DNA of 64,000 nt from Octopus vulgaris. Taxonomy: Eukaryota. The DNA lies in assembly GCA_951406725.2 (NCBI GenBank), contig OX597831.1, forward strand, positions 11,780,001 through 11,844,000, written 5' to 3'. Position 1 is the stretch's first letter. Each line of letters begins with the position of its first letter. Below are positions 60,340 through 64,000 of the stretch, in pieces. Under the pieces are notes generated by a model that ran no database searches, was not told the DNA's origin, and was given only the letters and a program-made list of their open reading frames with translations. Both the position numbers and the translations under genes were made by a program.

Positions 60340-60730
60340 ATTCTTTTACTCGTTTCAGTCGTTTGACTGCGGCCATTCTGGAGCACCGCCTTTTAGTCGA
60401 ACAAATCGACCCCAGGACTTATTCTTTGTAAACCTAGTTATTAATCTATCGGTCTCTTTCACCCAACCGCTAAGTTTTGGGGACGTAAACACACCAGCAT
60501 TGGTCGTCAAGCGAAAGCAGCGTGAGGGACAGACAGACATACACACATACACACACATGTATATATACGACGGGCTTCTTTCAGTTTCCATCTACCAGAT
60601 CCACTCACAAGGCTTTGGCCGGTCGGGGCTATGTTAGAAGACACTTGCCCAAGGTGCCATGCAGTGGGACTGAACCCGGAACCATGTGACTGGCAAGTAA
60701 GCTTCTTGCCACACAGCCACGCCCGCGCCT
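60340..60730 (-). mobile_element. SINE family B, full length
   Basis: Complete reverse complement from tail (gtttcagtcgtttgactgcggcc) to head (cacagccacgcccgcgcct). Confidence 0.88.
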
Positions 60731-60744
60731 ATTCACGGTGTTTC

Positions 60745-60905
60745 CAATCAATCATGAACGATCTCATAACTTCGATGTTTGAACGATGTGGTTTTTTAAT
60801 TCATTTTAAGAATGACAATGTGGAGTAGGTGTGAGAGGCCGGATCTGTCATTGACTGAACATGAAACAGAGAGAACATTTGGGTAGGATCCGGCTGAAGG
60901 GTTAA
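60745..60905 (-). mobile_element. End of a piggyBac-type MITE
   Basis: Ends in ggg|ttaa (CCC terminus plus TTAA target); related to 38571-38732. Confidence 0.55.
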
Positions 60906-60907
60906 AT

Positions 60908-61735
<828 letters not shown>

Positions 61736-62029
61736 TGTGGTGGTAACATCAGTGGTTGCAGGATGAGGAGGAGGAGACAGACCAATAACAGATCTAATAA
61801 AGACAATGCGGAGTTAAGAGTCACGAACGACTCTGGCATTCATTCATTCACTCCTTCACTCATTCACTCATTCACTCATTCACTAATTCACTCATTCACT
61901 CATTCACTCATTCACTCATTCATTCATTCACTCATTCACACAAGTAACCACACAGAACATGAAAAGCTCATTACACTCTCATTCGCATACATATGTGTAC
62001 ACACAAACATACACACACACACACACATA

Positions 62030-62315
62030 TATACACACACACACACGTCTCTTACCATGCATATATATATATATCTCCAATTGAAGACTCACACACAACA
62101 CACATATTTTTCAAGTTTATGCAATTGCTTGTCTTCAATTACGCACACATACACACACACATATATATATATATACACACACACACGTCTCTTACCATGC
62201 ATGCATATATATATATCTCCAATTGAAGACTCACACACAACACACATATTTTTCAAGTTTATGCAATTGCTTGTCTTCAATTACGCACACATACACACAC
62301 ACATATATATACATA
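62030..62315. repeat. Recent ~140-bp tandem duplication
   Basis: acgtctcttaccatgc...gtcttcaattacgcac occurs near-identically at 62045 and 62185. Confidence 0.9.
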
Positions 62316-62465
62316 CACACACACACACATATATACATACACACACACACATATATATACATACATACACGCACATATATATGATGTTAGTCAATTATTG
62401 TTGAGCAATATTTCTCCATTTCCTGTTTACTTTATACACACACACACACACACGCACTTTTCAAG

Positions 62466-62502
<37 letters not shown>

Positions 62503-62629
62503 GTGTGTACATCTTCATATCTTCATGTATGCACATACATGCTCGTCCTGCAAGTATGTGCACTCTAATTATACACGCACACATAACACATCCACCCTGA
62601 ACTATACACACACATGCACATCTCCACCT

Positions 62630-62661
<32 letters not shown>

Positions 62662-63549
62662 ACGAGCGTGCACGCGTACACACAAACACATCTCCGGCTA
62701 TAGATAAACACACCTCTCACAGTATACATACACACATTTCCAATTATACACGCCCATATACACACATCTTCGGTTATACATACGCAAATTGCTAATTATA
62801 CACACACAGACACACACAGGTTTATGTACACACGTACAAATACCCAATTATACACAAACAAATACACACACATTTTGATGTATACAAACACAAATTTTCC
62901 GATTAAACACACGCACATACACATCTCGTTGTATACACGCGCAAATTACCAATTATACACGCGCATATTTCAATCCATCCTTACCTCACCCTCCGCCTAA
63001 TCGCCACCCTGCCCCTATACACTGCGTTTCAAACAAATCTGGTCCCTGAATCCCTTGGCTGTGATTTCAAAATGACCCTTACCAATAGCCAAGGTTACGC
63101 AGACACGTTCATCTTGGCAAGCCGGACCCAACGTTATATTGTGTGTCTTTTTATTAATGACCGTCGTCCCTTCCCTGTTCCTTCTTCTCTCATCCTCCGC
63201 ATCCTCCTCCTCATCATCATCATCGTCATCATCATCATCATCATCGTCATCATCATCATCGTCATCATCATTATCATCATCATAGATATTCGTTGCCATC
63301 GCCGCCGTCACCAGCGTCACTCTGCCGTCGCCGCTAACGCTGCCATCGACGCCATCGACGCTACCATCGTCGTCACCACCACCGCCGCCGGATCCCCAAC
63401 CCTACCCCCAATAAATACTGCGCTGACGTCATCAATAGCCAACCGATCATGCGAAGCATTAACACCAGTAGGGGCCGACGAAGTAGCTTCTGACCTTCCA
63501 GAGATAGCAGCCATGTCTCCCTCATATACCTAATGGTGTTGTTATTTAC

Positions 63550-63961
63550 TTCTTTATTGCCCATAAGGGGCTAAACATAGAGGGGACAAACAAGGACAGA
63601 CAAAAGGATTAAGTCGATTATATCGACCCCAGTGCGTAACTGATACTTATTTAATCGACCCCGAAAGGATGAAAGGCAAAGTCGACCTCGGCGGAATTTG
63701 AACTCAGAACATAACGGCAGACAAAATACCTATTTCTTTATTACCCACAAGAGGCTAAACACAGAAGGGACAAACAAGGACAGAAAAACGGATTAAGTCG
63801 ATTATATCGACTCCATTGCGTAACTGGTACTTAATTTATCGACCCCTATAAGATGAAAGGCAAAGTTGACCTCGGCGGAATTTGAACTCAGAACGTAACG
63901 GCAGAAGAAATTCCGCTAAGCATTTCGCCCGACGTGCTAACGATTCTGCCAGCTCGCCGCC
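63550..63961 (-). mobile_element. SINE-A dimer (both units with the long tail)
   Basis: Junction aaatacc|tatttcttta after 63730. Confidence 0.88.
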
Positions 63962-64000
63962 TTGATTGTGTTGATATTAGAAATGGTGGTGGTCGATCTG

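Noticed and set aside
63052-63093. Hairpin ccttggct...agccaagg
   Set aside because: Only about 10 bp of stem with a large loop; within chance expectation.
63015-63533. 153-aa plus-strand ORF and overlapping minus-strand ORFs
   Set aside because: Built around a (CAT)n tract, no recognisable motif in any frame; coding cannot be supported without RNA-seq.

Overview
Eukaryotic, AT-rich, extremely microsatellite-dense non-coding DNA. The tRNA-derived SINEs and repeat landscape look like octopus (coleoid cephalopod) genomic sequence; this is my recognition, not a database result. I find no convincing host protein-coding gene: nearly all long ORFs are translations of (TA)n, (CA)n, (TACA)n, (GATA)n, (AAT)n or (CAT)n repeats. 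Recognisable content: a full-length but decayed Tc1-type transposon (18785-20041), a palindromic mariner derivative (11163-11686), a Gypsy LTR+PBS+gag remnant, fragments of CR1/L2-, R4/Dong-, RTE- and Penelope-like retroelements, piggyBac-type MITE ends, and many copies of three SINE families (called A, B and C here). Most interesting: (i) several Penelope-type hammerhead ribozyme motifs next to (TA)n tracts, one with an intact catalytic core; (ii) four SINE-A dimers with the same junction but different distal tails, suggesting a SINE that inserts site-specifically into its own family; (iii) a covarying 3' hairpin shared by LINE and SINE tails; (iv) an apparent excess of YY1/Pho motifs in the unique islands, including a duplicated 24-bp module (Polycomb-response-element-like); (v) a pre-miRNA-like hairpin. 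SINE boundaries are approximate.
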